A stretch of DNA of 64,000 nucleotides from Candidatus Aminicenantales bacterium (GCA_049515535.1 JBEKTZ010000001.1:392599-456598); one strand, 5' to 3'; numbered from the stretch's first letter, positions 18,243-30,133 are shown. The notes: generated by a model not told the origin, from the letters alone. Numbers and translations are program-made.

Positions 18243-21047
18243 TTAAAAAACATTCCCGATCGTGATGAAAATAATAGGCTGATTCCTGCCCGCGGGAGGA
18301 TGCAGGTTCCACCCAAGGTCGATCCGCAGCGGACCGATAGGCGTGCGGTAGCGAATCCCGAATCCCAGCGCATCCTCGAGCTTGCTCAGGCTGAAATCCT
18401 TGCGCGCCGCGAACACGTTGCCTTTGTCATAGAACACGGCTCCCGATAAATTGCTCATGGCCGGAAACAGCGGAAAGTGAAGCTCGAAATTGAGGAGAAC
18501 CAGGGCCTTCCCCCCGATCGGCTTTTGAGAGACCACGTCTTTGGTCCCCAGCTCGTCGTAGGGCTCCCCCCGGAAAGAGCTGCTGCCGCCGGCGAAGAAC
18601 CGCTCATGAATGGGGATATTTCCCCTGCCGAGCCCCACCCGCGCGGTCGCGCTGAAATTCAGGCCGCCGGCCACGGGAATGAACCTCTGGTACTTGAAGA
18701 AGGCTTTCAAGAAATCCGACTCGGACTTGAACAAGGGGTAAGCCCATTCCGCGACGACGCTGAAAAAGTACCCCCGTTCGGGGTTGAAGGAATCGTCGCG
18801 CCGGTCCAAGATCAGACTTTCCGAGACGGACGTGACGGAAAAAGGAAAATGTTGGCGGTCCACCTGGGACTCGGCGACGTCCAAAAAGTAGAGCGTCGTG
18901 CTCGCCCAGCGGAGCGTTGAGAGCGAGACCCAGTCCCGGCCGAACGGTTTGATCGCGCTGAAACTGACTCCTCGCTGGTCATAGCCGTAGCTCACGCGCT
19001 CTTCCCGCTCCAGCCAGGCGTTGGCGGCCGTCTGCAACGGCAGACCGAATAAGTACCGGTTCTCCCAGGAGACGACGGCCCGCGTCTCCATCAAGCTGAA
19101 CTGGGTGACGAAGCTGAGCTGAGAGGCGCGGCCGAACATGTTGCCAAGGATGAACTCGGCCGTCCCGCGCGGCCGGAGCCCGTTGGCCCAGATTTCGAAG
19201 CTCTGCGGCTCGGTCTTTGTCTCGAGTCCCACGCCCAGGCTGATATAATCCCTCACGCCTTCGCGGAGGTTGACGATCAAGTTGACGGCGTCCGTGGAAA
19301 TCGGGATCTCCTCGATTCTCACCTCGGCAAAGATCCCGAGCTTTTCCAGGCTCCGTCTGGTCTCCAAGATCCTGTCGGCGTAAGCCCAATCCCCCTGCCG
19401 GATTTTCAACTCACGCTCGATCGTGCTCCGCCGGGTAACCTTGTTACCCGTGAGGACGATTCGCTCGATCTTCACTCGGCGTCCTTCCGCAATGCCGAAC
19501 ACGACCGAGTATTGGTGCGCCTCGGTCTGTTCGGCGGCGGCGGTGACGTTCGTTCCCCGGACGCCTTGGTTGAGATAATACGTTTCGAGGCGCTCGATAT
19601 CCTTCTGCATGTCGGGCCGGAAGAACGGCCTGCCTTCGACGCTTACGACCGCCTCCCGGAGCGCGACGGCGCCGAACAGCGAAGCGCCGTCGAAGGAGAG
19701 GCGCCCGATCGTCAGCTGGGGGCCCTCCTCGATATGATAAATGGCTCGCATTTCGTTGTCGATCATCTTGAAATTCAGATCCACCTGGGTTTCCGGAAAG
19801 CCCCTCGCTTCATACAATTTCTCGATCCGCGCCGGCATTTCAAAAAGCCTCCCCCCCGCGATACCGCCGAAGAGCGGGAGGTTGAGGCCGAGACCCAATT
19901 CCCTTTTGATCGCCGCGGGTGTGAAAAAGCGAAGGCCTTCGAAATTGACTTCGTAGATCGTGTACTTGCGGCCCGAGTTCACGTCGTGAACGATGCGGAT
20001 CTCTCCGGCGTCCTTTTCGATGGAGGACCGGACGGTCGCGAACACGTAGCCCTGGTTTCGCAGGAACGTCAGGATGCGGGACTCGGATTGGAGGAGTCCC
20101 CATTCCTCGAAAACGCGTTCTTCCCAGATCGGCCGGACAAGGGAATCCGCGATTTTGGCGCCTTTGATCAGAATGCGGATCCGTTCATGGGGGACGACCT
20201 TGAGAACGAGGGTCACCGTGCCGTCCTCCTCGTGGAGCGTTTGACTTTCTAGGGAAATCTCCGCTCTCGGGTATCCGAGGACGCCGTAAAATTCCTTGAG
20301 CCGGCCGATATCGGCTTCCAAGGTCGAAGGGACAAAGGGCCGTCCTTCGCGGCTCTCGAGTTTCGCCTTCACGGCCGAGACCTGGACGGAAGCGTCTCCG
20401 TCGATATCGATGCTGCGGATGATCTGCCGGCGGCCGGCTGAGACGTCAAAGATGACGTCCACTAAGGGCTGGATCGGATCCCGCTCATAATGGGCCTGGA
20501 TGACGCTGCTCAGAAAGCCCTCTTTTTTCAAGGCTTCCTTGAGCTCAGCGGCCGCCCGCAGGAGCTTGTCTTCAGTGAAGACGCCGTCCTGTCTGAGGGC
20601 ATAGAGATTCTCCGTCAGCTTTTTTCGGGAGAGCACTTTATCGCCGGCGATCGTGAGATTGCGGGTCAGGAGTCGCCGCGTCAAGAGGAATGTCAGCCGG
20701 ACCTCGCTTTCCCCCTCCTTGAGGACGCGGACGTCGGAAAACAGGCCGGTTTGATAAATTTGTTTGATCGCGACGTCGATCTTTTTCGACGAGTACGCAT
20801 CTCCCGCCGCGATAGAGACGAGGTTCTCGATATCCTGCCCGCCCGGACCGTCGTCCACCTTCACCGAGACGCCGACGATCGTCAAGGGACGAGCCTTCGC
20901 GGCGGAAGTTGACCCCCGGGCAAAGCCCGGGGCCCCGTCCGCCGTGGACGCGTCAGGGCCGCCCGCCGGATTTCCGGAGTACGCCGGAACGGCCGCCAGG
21001 ATCAGGGCCAGGATGAAGACCTTAAAACCTGAAGCGCACTTTCGCAT
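18243..21047 (-). CDS. Omp85-family (BamA/TamA-like) outer-membrane protein with multiple POTRA domains
   Basis: Repeated POTRA-like Y..xGY/F units, RFFAGGSSSFRG loop, GFGIRYRTPIGPLRID, C-terminal GNVF; adjacent to TamB. Confidence 0.9.
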   Translation of the reverse strand: MRKCASGFKVFILALILAAVPAYSGNPAGGPDASTADGAPGFARGSTSAAKARPLTIVGVSVKVDDGPGGQDIENLVSIAAGDAYSSKKIDVAIKQIYQTGLFSDVRVLKEGESEVRLTFLLTRRLLTRNLTIAGDKVLSRKKLTENLYALRQDGVFTEDKLLRAAAELKEALKKEGFLSSVIQAHYERDPIQPLVDVIFDVSAGRRQIIRSIDIDGDASVQVSAVKAKLESREGRPFVPSTLEADIGRLKEFYGVLGYPRAEISLESQTLHEEDGTVTLVLKVVPHERIRILIKGAKIADSLVRPIWEERVFEEWGLLQSESRILTFLRNQGYVFATVRSSIEKDAGEIRIVHDVNSGRKYTIYEVNFEGLRFFTPAAIKRELGLGLNLPLFGGIAGGRLFEMPARIEKLYEARGFPETQVDLNFKMIDNEMRAIYHIEEGPQLTIGRLSFDGASLFGAVALREAVVSVEGRPFFRPDMQKDIERLETYYLNQGVRGTNVTAAAEQTEAHQYSVVFGIAEGRRVKIERIVLTGNKVTRRSTIERELKIRQGDWAYADRILETRRSLEKLGIFAEVRIEEIPISTDAVNLIVNLREGVRDYISLGVGLETKTEPQSFEIWANGLRPRGTAEFILGNMFGRASQLSFVTQFSLMETRAVVSWENRYLFGLPLQTAANAWLEREERVSYGYDQRGVSFSAIKPFGRDWVSLSTLRWASTTLYFLDVAESQVDRQHFPFSVTSVSESLILDRRDDSFNPERGYFFSVVAEWAYPLFKSESDFLKAFFKYQRFIPVAGGLNFSATARVGLGRGNIPIHERFFAGGSSSFRGEPYDELGTKDVVSQKPIGGKALVLLNFELHFPLFPAMSNLSGAVFYDKGNVFAARKDFSLSKLEDALGFGIRYRTPIGPLRIDLGWNLHPPAGRNQPIIFITIGNVF
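20881..20950. repeat. Palindromic element, short copy, in frame within the Omp85 gene
   Basis: Matches 48348-48457 apart from a 39-nt internal hairpin, a few substitutions and a 1-nt indel. Confidence 0.85.
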
Positions 21048-24000
21048 CGAAGCTGATCCGCCCCCGTTCATCGCGCATGCCGACGAGCGAGAAGCTTTCA
21101 CTCCATTCCCATTCCAGACGGACGATTTCCTCCCTCTGGCTCGTCAAATTGGTCGAATACAAAAGGATGATGTCTCGCGAAATCTTTTTGCCCACGGTCA
21201 GCCGCGCTGTCATTTCCGTCGTGGCGCCCAGGACAAAGGGATCGATGCGGAAGCGGTCGAGGCTGAACAGCTGCTCAGCCCGTTTATTGGCTTCTTCCGC
21301 CAGTTGGAACGACAGGAGCGATCCGGTGCTGAGCTGGGAACTCGTGTCATAGGAGTATGTGCGTTTGAAGGACTCCCCAAGGGCCAGAAGGGCCAAAACA
21401 TCTTCGGACGGCAAGGGCGGCGATGAAGCGAATTCCGGCTTCAGCCGGTCGACCAGTCCGCTCAGGGAGAACGTGACGCGGTAATCCTTGAGAAATGTCT
21501 CCCCTTGAAACTCGAGATACGGCTCGACCGACGCGGGGTTGAAAAAACTCAGCCGCGCCTTGAGCAGCCGGAATTTCCGGTCTTGAAAATTGACGTCGCC
21601 GCGCAGCCCTTCGATATCTCCCAGGATGACGGGGGATTTGATATTGCCCGTGATGGTCAGGTCGAAACGGCCCTGGATCTTGCCCAGGGAATTTTCGATG
21701 ATGGCGTCGTCGTTCGCCCTGAGCCGGATGTCGAGCGACATGTCGTCGAATATCCCGTTTTCTTTTTTCGGGCCGGGATAGGGATTGGAGGCGAAGCTGA
21801 ATTTTTCCGACAGCTCCCGCTTCCAGGAGAGGTTCTTGACGAGAAAATCGCCGGAGAGGGAAAAACGGCCGGTGTCCTTGATCAACCGGAGCGATCCGTC
21901 CGCCAGGGCCCGGGTCCGTTCGAGAAAGGCGAGCATCATATCCTTGCCGTCGACCCGGACATCCAGGAACTCGAGACCGCCCTTCCCGAACCGGATCTCG
22001 CCCGAGCCGAAAACGTCGCCCCCGCCCAGTTTCCCCTGAAGCGAGCGGATCGAAACCGTGTCGTTCTGGATGAACAAAAGGCCGCTGTAATCGGTCAGCG
22101 CCTGGGCGAAATCGGGAAACGGAAAAACCGGGCCTTTGAAATCGATGACACCGTTGACTTGCGGAGCCGCGGACTTCCCTTTGATCTCGGCGAGATAATT
22201 CACTTCGCCCTTGACTCCCGGCCAAGGCATGAAAAGATCGGGGTCCAAAAGACGGCCTTTGAGATTGACCAGATAGGACGCGTCCGGCTCCGGATAGCTG
22301 AACGACAACGTGAATTCATTTCCGCCCGGATCGAGCCGGCCGGTGAGTTTGGCGGTGAGCTTGTCGTTCAGATAATCGAGCGCGAGATCCCCGTTGATCT
22401 CCACCGACCCGAGCGGCGCGACGCGGATGTCCTTGATCGAGAATTTTCCCGTGGCCGCGTCCTTATCCAGGAGCCCCTTGCCTTTGAGATCGAACGTGGC
22501 CCGGCCTCCGACCTGGGGGCTCAAGATGGAAAGATCAAGGCCGGAGGCTTGGACGTCCAGATCGAACTCCCGGCTCTTGAGACCGACCCGGCCCGAACCT
22601 TGAAATCTCCCTCCGTATATCCCGGCCGAGAGATCGGAAAAGGCGAGGGTCTTCGCCGCATCCGACCAGGTCAGCTTTCCCCGGACATCGGCCAAATCCT
22701 GGTCCATCAGCTTGACCCGGGCGCTCGAGAAATTCCCGTTCACGAGAAGAGCTTTGTTTTCTTTTGTGATCGCGAAATCGCCGGACGCCCGGCCCTTCAA
22801 AGGAATCCGGATACCGAGAGGAGAGAGGACTTTTTGAAGGTCGGCATCGTCGGCGTGGATTTGAACGTCGAGGACGCCCGGCCGGGACCGGAGACGAACG
22901 TCTCCCCGCATGTCCGGATCCTGGACCTTGAAAAGGCCCGTGATTTCTTTATGGGCGATCTCCAGAAGGCCGCCGACCGCGGCGGCGTCGAATCGATCGT
23001 ATCCTCCCGGGGCCAGGGAAAAATCGGCTTTGATCTGGGGCGCACGATAATCTCCGAGGATCTTGATCTCGGCCCGGCCTTTCCCCCGGATCTCCGGAAA
23101 ATCGAGTTTTTCCTTCAAGACAAGAGACGTGAATTCCCGCCCTTGACGGACATCCCCCACCTCTCCGCTCATCGTCACCCTGACATCGCGGCCGATATCG
23201 AGATCGCCTTCGACGGCGAGGGTCCCGAAACTCGTTTCCATTTGCGGGGAGGCGAAACGGACGGACTTTTTTCCGTCCCATTGGAGATCGATCGCCCCGC
23301 GGAACGGGAACCGTCCCGGCGCCGGAAGCATCAGGTCGTCTTTGAATTCGGCGTGGACCCGGAGCTGCTTATTTTCAAGAGAAAAATCGCCCCAGGCCGG
23401 CGACTTGACCGGCCAAGGCAGGCCCAGATAATGGACGATCGGCTCGAGATGGACCCCTCTCACCACGCCCGTCACTTTTTTCCCGTCGAAGGAAATGTCC
23501 ACATATTCCTTGGGATTGGGCCTTTTTTGGAAAGCGAGCTCGACCCGCCCTCCTTCAACCCCGCCGACCGTGACCTTGCCTTCGACCGTTCCCAGAGCGA
23601 CCGCATTCAAGACGAAATCGTCGCTCGTGATTCCGGCTTGAAACTCGACGCGGCCCTGCCGCTTCACGAGACGGCCTTCGCCGCGCGCTTTCCCTCCCCA
23701 CGTGAACGGAAGATGGAGAAGATCCGCGATCAACGGAGCCGGGACGAAAAGGTCGGTCTGCAAATCGAACTGGGGATCGGCGATATTCGTCAGCGCGCCG
23801 CGGGCCTTGACGAGAAAATCCTCGCCCGCGAAGGTCACCTTCCTGACATTAATCGTCTGGCCCTTGCCCTCAAGATAAGCCGAGATTTTTCCCGTCAATG
23901 AGGCGCGGACGGAATTCAGCGTCAGGGAGTTGTCTTCGGACTCGACCCGCAGGATGAACTCATCCTTTTTTTGCCGGAAAACGGCCCGGACGCCCTTGGC

Positions 24001-24435
24001 CGAAAAGTTCGCGTCTTTTCCATAGAAATGGATCTCTCCGTCTCGCACAACACCGTTGGCGATGGAAAACGGCAAAGCGAACCCGAAATGGTCCTTTCCT
24101 TTTGCGGCGGTTTCCGAAGAATCGTAGATCCGCAGCACCGGCTGCTCGATCAGGACGCGGAACGACTTGTCCCGGTCGAACAATGTCAGAAAAGAAATCC
24201 GGACCGTGATCTTGCGGGCGGAAAAGAAAGGCGAAGACGAGACCGTCCGTACGTCTTCGATCACGAGGGCCGGCGGGATCACCGTAAGATGGATCGCTCC
24301 GTAATTGAACGAAGCCCGAATGCCGGTTTTGATCCTGTGCAGAACGAAATTCCGCAGTCCGAGTCCGGCCCCGAGGAGAACGACGAGGAGGAGAAGAAAG
24401 ATTATGAGAGATCGAATCCGTTTATTTCTCTTCAT
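21022..24435 (-). CDS. tamB: TamB/AsmA-like translocation and assembly module protein
   Basis: N-terminal TM anchor, long beta-rich body, C-terminal TamB-like [17 protein letters not shown]...RLTVGKKIS. Confidence 0.85.
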   Translation of the reverse strand: MKRNKRIRSLIIFLLLLVVLLGAGLGLRNFVLHRIKTGIRASFNYGAIHLTVIPPALVIEDVRTVSSSPFFSARKITVRISFLTLFDRDKSFRVLIEQPVLRIYDSSETAAKGKDHFGFALPFSIANGVVRDGEIHFYGKDANFSAKGVRAVFRQKKDEFILRVESEDNSLTLNSVRASLTGKISAYLEGKGQTINVRKVTFAGEDFLVKARGALTNIADPQFDLQTDLFVPAPLIADLLHLPFTWGGKARGEGRLVKRQGRVEFQAGITSDDFVLNAVALGTVEGKVTVGGVEGGRVELAFQKRPNPKEYVDISFDGKKVTGVVRGVHLEPIVHYLGLPWPVKSPAWGDFSLENKQLRVHAEFKDDLMLPAPGRFPFRGAIDLQWDGKKSVRFASPQMETSFGTLAVEGDLDIGRDVRVTMSGEVGDVRQGREFTSLVLKEKLDFPEIRGKGRAEIKILGDYRAPQIKADFSLAPGGYDRFDAAAVGGLLEIAHKEITGLFKVQDPDMRGDVRLRSRPGVLDVQIHADDADLQKVLSPLGIRIPLKGRASGDFAITKENKALLVNGNFSSARVKLMDQDLADVRGKLTWSDAAKTLAFSDLSAGIYGGRFQGSGRVGLKSREFDLDVQASGLDLSILSPQVGGRATFDLKGKGLLDKDAATGKFSIKDIRVAPLGSVEINGDLALDYLNDKLTAKLTGRLDPGGNEFTLSFSYPEPDASYLVNLKGRLLDPDLFMPWPGVKGEVNYLAEIKGKSAAPQVNGVIDFKGPVFPFPDFAQALTDYSGLLFIQNDTVSIRSLQGKLGGGDVFGSGEIRFGKGGLEFLDVRVDGKDMMLAFLERTRALADGSLRLIKDTGRFSLSGDFLVKNLSWKRELSEKFSFASNPYPGPKKENGIFDDMSLDIRLRANDDAIIENSLGKIQGRFDLTITGNIKSPVILGDIEGLRGDVNFQDRKFRLLKARLSFFNPASVEPYLEFQGETFLKDYRVTFSLSGLVDRLKPEFASSPPLPSEDVLALLALGESFKRTYSYDTSSQLSTGSLLSFQLAEEANKRAEQLFSLDRFRIDPFVLGATTEMTARLTVGKKISRDIILLYSTNLTSQREEIVRLEWEWSESFSLVGMRDERGRISFDAKVRFRF

Positions 24436-25114
24436 CGTCCGCGAGCCCCAACGGGGGCGTCCGCCGTCGCAATTTCTTGACCTTGCCCCAGTCCTTGAGA
24501 AATCGGTCGATGCCGATGTCGGTCAGAGGATGCTTGACGAGCTTGTCCAAGACCGGGAACGGGATCGTCGCGATATCGGCGCCGAGGAGAGCGGCATCCA
24601 CGACGTGCCGGGGATGACGAATGCTGGCCACGATGACTTCGGTCTCGATCCGGTAGTTCTCGAAAATCGTGACGATCTCCTCGACCAGTTCCATTCCCTC
24701 ATGGGAGATATCGTCCAGCCGGCCGATGAATGGGCTGACGAATTTAGCCCCGGCCTTGGCCGCCAGCAGAGCCTGACTGGCCGAGAAGATAAGCGTCGTG
24801 TTGACCATGATCCCCTCTCCGGAGAGGGTCTTGATCGCCTTGAGGCCTTCGACGGTGATCGGGATTTTGACGGCGATATTGGAGGCCAGCTTGACCAATT
24901 CCCGCGCTTCCTTGATGATGTCCGGCCATTTTTCCGCGACGCACTCGACGCTGATGGGGCCGTCGACGACCTTGGCGATTTCCCGGATCAGAGTCTCGAA
25001 CGTCTGGCTCTCTTTGGCTACGAGCGACGGGTTGGTCGTGACGCCGTCCAGAATACCCCAGCTCGCCGCTTCGCGGATCTCGCCCAAGTTCGCGGTATCG
25101 AGAAAAAACTTCAT
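24422..25114 (-). CDS. tal: Transaldolase / fructose-6-phosphate aldolase family
   Basis: [39 protein letters not shown]. Confidence 0.92.
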   Translation of the reverse strand: MKFFLDTANLGEIREAASWGILDGVTTNPSLVAKESQTFETLIREIAKVVDGPISVECVAEKWPDIIKEARELVKLASNIAVKIPITVEGLKAIKTLSGEGIMVNTTLIFSASQALLAAKAGAKFVSPFIGRLDDISHEGMELVEEIVTIFENYRIETEVIVASIRHPRHVVDAALLGADIATIPFPVLDKLVKHPLTDIGIDRFLKDWGKVKKLRRRTPPLGLADDEEK

Positions 25115-25123
25115 GGTCGCCTC

Positions 25124-25888
25124 CTATCGGATTCTCAGGACTTGGTTCGAAAGCGTTCCGATGCCCTCGATCTGGATGTCGACACGGTCGCCCGGCTGCA
25201 TCGGACCGACGCCCGCCGGCGTTCCGGTGCTGATGATGTCGCCGGGGAGCAGGGTCATGATATGGGAGATGAACCGGACCAAAAACGGGACAGGAAAAAT
25301 CAGGTGGCGGGTATTGGACGACTGGCGCAGTTTGCCGTTGAGGAAGGTCTTGATCTCGAGCCGCGACGGGTCCAGGTTCGTGACGATGCAGGGGCCGACG
25401 GCGGCGAACGTATCGAAGGATTTGGCCCGGGTGAATTGTTTGTCCTTCTCCTGAAGGTCGCGCGCTGTGACGTCGTTCAGACAAGTGTAGCCGAGAACGA
25501 AATCGTCGACCCGGGCATCGTTACCGAGCCGATAGGCTCTTTTCCCGATGACGACCGCGAGCTCGCCTTCGTAATCGACGCGGCTCGACGCGTCCGGATA
25601 GACGATCATATCGCCCGGTCCGATGACGGCCGTCGACGGCTTGAGGAAGAGGAGCGGCTCCTCGGGCAAGGGATTCCCCATTTCGGCGGCGTGGTCTTTG
25701 TAGTTCCGCCCGACGGCCACGATCTTCGACGGCTCGACGGGAGGCAGCAGAAGGACATCGCCGATAGGGATCGGCCCATCATCGACGGTGAAGTCCTCGA
25801 AGATCGATCCCCGCACGGGCAGAAGATTCTCTTCTTTTAAAACGCCGTGCCGGACGATGCCATCGTGCCTGAATCTGAATATCTTCAT
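25124..25888 (-). CDS. Fumarylacetoacetate hydrolase family protein
   Basis: GRNYKDHA, DYEGELAVVIG, NDVTARD, TGTPAGV. Confidence 0.92.
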   Translation of the reverse strand: MKIFRFRHDGIVRHGVLKEENLLPVRGSIFEDFTVDDGPIPIGDVLLLPPVEPSKIVAVGRNYKDHAAEMGNPLPEEPLLFLKPSTAVIGPGDMIVYPDASSRVDYEGELAVVIGKRAYRLGNDARVDDFVLGYTCLNDVTARDLQEKDKQFTRAKSFDTFAAVGPCIVTNLDPSRLEIKTFLNGKLRQSSNTRHLIFPVPFLVRFISHIMTLLPGDIISTGTPAGVGPMQPGDRVDIQIEGIGTLSNQVLRIR

Positions 25889-27033
25889 GGTCCGGGGTCC
25901 TTGATGATTTCCGAAACGACGGTCGACATCGGACTTTCGTTCCCGAGCGCGTCGACTGCGGTTATAGCATATTCGTACCGCCGGTTTTTTTCAACGGCCC
26001 GGTCGGTGTACGTGCTCTCGAGGAAGAGATCCTTGGTCAGTCGGACAAAGCCTCCCCCGCCCTCCTCCTTCCTCCAGACGCGGTAGCCTGCCAGGTCCTT
26101 CTCCCGGTTGGCGTCCCAGATGAGCGTGATGAAATCCGGCCCCGCCGCGGCGCTCAATCCGGCGGGCGCAGCGGGCGGAAAGATGTCCTTGGGAAGGACG
26201 TCCGCGCCGGGCGAATCGTCGCTTTCGAGAAACGGGGCGGCCAAGGCCGTCGCGGCCCGGACGACATAGCGATAGTCCCGGCCGAAAAGGAACGTCTTGT
26301 CGGCGAACGTCGGACCGGCCACGGGCGCCGCGTTCAAGCGTTCGAATTTCCCGGACTTGTCGAGCCTGTAGACGTTGTAGCCTTTGACCGCCGCCAGCGT
26401 CGACCCGTCGAAATTCGCCGCGGGCGCTTCCCAGCGGAGATCGATCCGATCGGCGGACACGGCGGCGTGGAGTTGAGGGGGCGCGAGCGGCGCGACCTGC
26501 GGCGTGACGGTCACGAGCTTGGAGAATTCCGACAGCCGTCCTTTCAAGGCGTCCTTCACTTTCAATCCGAACGTCAGGGTCATGCCCTTCAGGTCGTTCT
26601 GGGAAAGCGCGTAAGAATATTGAAACGACTTCGGCGGCGGTTGTTTTTTCGGAGCCGAGGCGGATCTTCCTTTCTTGGACGCGTCCTTTACGGGTCTGAC
26701 GGGTTCTCCGGACTCGTCGATCATCTCGGCGCGCCGGGCGTGCGCTTCGAATTCTTCGGCCGACGGCGGCGACGCGACCGTCTTGGCCGGATAGTTCTTT
26801 TCGTAAACCCAGACCTCGGCTCCCGAAATTCCGGCCAGGGCTCGGCCGTCGATATACGATTCCGGATTGGTCCATTCCAGAAGGACGCGGCCCCCGATTT
26901 GAAGGGCCTTGAGCGTCTCCACCTTCTGAGGGATGAGGACGAGGGGCGCCAGAATCGGGCCTTTCTTCCCGCAGGCCGGGATGAGAAGAAGGGCCGGGAT
27001 GAGAGCGGCGAGCCAGGGAATTCTTTTCATCAA
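25885..27033 (-). CDS. Lipoprotein with fibronectin type III-like domains
   Basis: Lipobox [11 protein letters not shown]...GYNVYR and Y.ITAVD..GNES FN3 motifs. Confidence 0.8.
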   Translation of the reverse strand: MMKRIPWLAALIPALLLIPACGKKGPILAPLVLIPQKVETLKALQIGGRVLLEWTNPESYIDGRALAGISGAEVWVYEKNYPAKTVASPPSAEEFEAHARRAEMIDESGEPVRPVKDASKKGRSASAPKKQPPPKSFQYSYALSQNDLKGMTLTFGLKVKDALKGRLSEFSKLVTVTPQVAPLAPPQLHAAVSADRIDLRWEAPAANFDGSTLAAVKGYNVYRLDKSGKFERLNAAPVAGPTFADKTFLFGRDYRYVVRAATALAAPFLESDDSPGADVLPKDIFPPAAPAGLSAAAGPDFITLIWDANREKDLAGYRVWRKEEGGGGFVRLTKDLFLESTYTDRAVEKNRRYEYAITAVDALGNESPMSTVVSEIIKDPGP

Positions 27034-28427
27034 AGAATGAAACGCCTCAGATCCTGGTCTTTGATGATGTCCTTGAGCTGGTTTTGGACGTAGCCGCGGT
27101 CGATGCGGATATGCTTGGGTTGGATGTTGGGGGCCTTGAACGAGATATCCTCCATCACTTTTTCGAGGATCGTGTGCAGGCGCCGCGCCCCGATATCCTC
27201 CGCGTCGCGATTGACGTCTTCGGCCATCTGGGCGATCTCGTCGATCGCGTCCTCCGTGAATTCGACGCGGACGTCCTCGGTCGCGAGGAGGGCCATGGTT
27301 TGTTTGATCAGCGCATTCTCGGGCTCGGTCAGGATCCGGACGAAATCGTTTTTATTGAGCGAGGTCAATTCGACGCGGATCGGAAATCGTCCTTGGAGTT
27401 CAGGAATGAGGTCCGCCGGCTTGGCCACGTTGAACGCGCCGGCGCCGATAAAGAGGACGTGGTCCGTCTTGACCAGACCGTAGCGCGTGTTGACGGTCGT
27501 TCCTTCGACGATCGGCAAGAGATCCCGCTGCACTCCTTCGCGGCTCACTTCGGGACCATGCCCCGCTTCCCGTCCGGCGATCTTGTCCATCTCGTCGAGG
27601 AAGACGATCCCCGAATGCTCGACGCGCTCGATGGCCAGGCGGGCGACCTGGTCCATGTCGATCAGCCGTTTCTGTTCTTCATCGAGCAAGTACTCTCTGG
27701 CCTCATGGATTTTGACTTTTCGCCGCTTGGATTTTCCGCCCATGAAGCCGGGGAGGATCTCCTGGATCTGGAGCCCGATGTCCTCGACCCCCGATCCGGA
27801 AAAAATTTCGAAGGGAGGAGCCGATCGCTCCTTCACCTCGATTTCGACCAGACGGTCCTCGAGGAGTCCATCGCGGAGCTGTTTGCGGAATTTCTCGCGC
27901 GACTCCTGGAACCGCTGCAATTCCTCGTCGGTCACGTTTTCGTCGCGCCGCTTGATCGGTGGCAGGAGGATGTCGAGGAGCTTCTCGTCGACGTTGATTT
28001 CCGCTTTTTCGCGGACCTCCTCGATTTTTTCCTGCTTCACCATGTCCACGCCCATCCGGACCAGGTCCCGGACGATGGATTCGACATCGCGGCCGACGTA
28101 TCCCACCTCGGTGAATTTGCTGGCTTCGATTTTGAGGAACGGCGACGAGGTGAGTTTCGCCAGGCGGCGGGAAATCTCGGTCTTGCCGACCCCGGTGGGG
28201 CCGATCATGAGGATGTTTTTGGGCACGATCTCATCGACCAGATCGGGAGGGACGCGGCGCCTCCGGTAACGGTTGCGGAGGGCGATGGCCACGGCCTTTT
28301 TAGCGGGGTTCTGGCCGATGATGTATTTATCGAGTTCGGCGACGATCTCCTGCGGCGTGAGTTCGACGTCCTTGTCCTTCAGCTTTTCCTCGCGCGCCTC
28401 GAAACTCCTGGGAAGCTGGATCGGCAT
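27030..28427 (-). CDS. hslU: ATP-dependent protease ATPase subunit HslU
   Basis: [37 protein letters not shown]-terminal DLRRFIL. Confidence 0.96.
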   Translation of the reverse strand: MPIQLPRSFEAREEKLKDKDVELTPQEIVAELDKYIIGQNPAKKAVAIALRNRYRRRRVPPDLVDEIVPKNILMIGPTGVGKTEISRRLAKLTSSPFLKIEASKFTEVGYVGRDVESIVRDLVRMGVDMVKQEKIEEVREKAEINVDEKLLDILLPPIKRRDENVTDEELQRFQESREKFRKQLRDGLLEDRLVEIEVKERSAPPFEIFSGSGVEDIGLQIQEILPGFMGGKSKRRKVKIHEAREYLLDEEQKRLIDMDQVARLAIERVEHSGIVFLDEMDKIAGREAGHGPEVSREGVQRDLLPIVEGTTVNTRYGLVKTDHVLFIGAGAFNVAKPADLIPELQGRFPIRVELTSLNKNDFVRILTEPENALIKQTMALLATEDVRVEFTEDAIDEIAQMAEDVNRDAEDIGARRLHTILEKVMEDISFKAPNIQPKHIRIDRGYVQNQLKDIIKDQDLRRFIL

Positions 28428-28955
28428 TCATAACTCCTCGGAGGTGACTTCGCCGTTCGTGTAAACGCAGATGCCGGCGGTGATCTTCATCGCTTCGAGG
28501 GCAACGTCCTTGGCGGCCAGATCCGTGTGCCGGATGAGAGCTCGGGCGGCGGCAAGGGCATACGGACCGCCCGAGCCGATGGCGATGATGCCGTCGTCCG
28601 GCTCGATCACGTCGCCCGTCCCGGAGATCAGGAACGAGCTGTCCTTGTCGGCCACGATCATCAAGGCCTCCAGACGGCGGAGGGCCTTGTCCAGCCGCCA
28701 ATCCTTGGCCAGTTCGATCGCCGCCCGCGACAGATTGCCTTTGTATTCTTCGAGTTTGCCCTCAAACCTGGAGAACAGGGCAAACGCGTCCGATGTGGCG
28801 CCGGCGAAGCCCGCCAAAACCTGCCCTTTGTAGAGGCGGCGGATCTTATTCGCGGTCTGTTTCAGGATGGTCTGGCCCATGGTCACCTGGCCGTCGCCGG
28901 CGATAGCGAGGCGGCCCTTGTGCCGGACGCAAATGATGGTTGTGGATTTGATCAT
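28428..28955 (-). CDS. hslV: ATP-dependent protease peptidase subunit HslV
   Basis: TTII N-terminal nucleophile, GDGQVT, GFAG, IGSGG, ICVYTN. Start ATG 28955 after GGAG. Confidence 0.95.
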   Translation of the reverse strand: MIKSTTIICVRHKGRLAIAGDGQVTMGQTILKQTANKIRRLYKGQVLAGFAGATSDAFALFSRFEGKLEEYKGNLSRAAIELAKDWRLDKALRRLEALMIVADKDSSFLISGTGDVIEPDDGIIAIGSGGPYALAAARALIRHTDLAAKDVALEAMKITAGICVYTNGEVTSEEL

Positions 28956-29186
28956 GGAAACTCCGAAAATATCTTTATCATGATATCGTAAGGCCGCTAA
29001 GATGTAAAGCCGGGGATCGGGCCCGAAATTGCCGATAGACCCTATACTTCCCTGGGAGATTGGGATTTTTGGGTGAGATGCGGAATTCTTTGGCACACGA
29101 CACTCAATCCAGAGATTGAGTGCAAGTCCCGGAATTCCACCTTCCGCGAGAAATGCGCCGGCCATGGATATGATCGAAAAATTCTT

Positions 29187-30014
29187 TTAGAAAGGAATCG
29201 CCAGGCCCCAGATCCATTTATAGAATTTCTGCCGGTTGCCCAGGGGACTCGTTTCGAGGTCGGTCCAAAAGCTCGTCCCCATCGACAGGGCGAGCCAGTC
29301 CGCCACGGCGAAGCGGACGATAAAGTCCATGGCGCAATCCTGGCCGAGATAAAAATAGTTTTCCGTCCGGGAATAGATCTGAAAGCTCAGCGTCACCTTC
29401 TCGGCGAAGACCGCTCCCGCTCTCAGGCCGAATTCCTGCACGATCCTGCCGCCCGAGATGTCGAGATGCGTCCTCTGATTGGAATGGTGTAAGAACCAGG
29501 TGTAGGGCTCGATGTAAAAATGCGCCCGCTCGATGGGAAAGCCAAAACCGATATAGTTGCGGTTGGTGAAAAACGGACGCCCTTCGACGCTATAGCTGAC
29601 ATGGTCGGAGTCGTGGTTGCTGTCATGGCCGACGATCAGCTCGAGATAATCCACGAGCGATTGGCGCAGGGAAAAATGCCAGTCGAATTCGGTCCTGTTG
29701 GAAGTATCGTCATGGGCCACGAGTTGGGCCATGAGCCGCGTGCTGCCGGTCAGAAAAATGACGTCGTGAAAACCGAAGTTCCAGCGATCGGGAGCCCCGC
29801 TCAAATCGTTGAAACTGGGATAGGTGGACGGGTTTTGAAGCTGGGCGAACAAATCCCCGTGGAGGACGATCTTGCCGAGCCGCGCGGCGGCGTCTTTTTC
29901 CTGATCCGGGCGATAGATGAAAATTTCCTGCCCCGACACCCAAAGCGGAAGGACGAGGCAAAAAAGGAGGATAAACCACGCGCCGGGAATGGATCTCCGA
30001 TCCCAGGAACTCAT
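29187..30014 (-). CDS. Hypothetical outer-membrane beta-barrel protein
   Basis: Signal peptide, alternating aromatic beta strands, terminal Phe (WGLAIPF); upstream TTGACA-17-TAATAT. Confidence 0.65.
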   Translation of the reverse strand: MSSWDRRSIPGAWFILLFCLVLPLWVSGQEIFIYRPDQEKDAAARLGKIVLHGDLFAQLQNPSTYPSFNDLSGAPDRWNFGFHDVIFLTGSTRLMAQLVAHDDTSNRTEFDWHFSLRQSLVDYLELIVGHDSNHDSDHVSYSVEGRPFFTNRNYIGFGFPIERAHFYIEPYTWFLHHSNQRTHLDISGGRIVQEFGLRAGAVFAEKVTLSFQIYSRTENYFYLGQDCAMDFIVRFAVADWLALSMGTSFWTDLETSPLGNRQKFYKWIWGLAIPF

Positions 30015-30133
30015 GCGTATATGCTCAGCCTCTGGGCCATGATATTAAGGGGAAAAGACGTCCATGTCAAATTCGACAAAAGCGAGTAAAGGGCGTCAAC
30101 GCCTGACCGTCGTACAGTTTCCAAGATGAGGCA

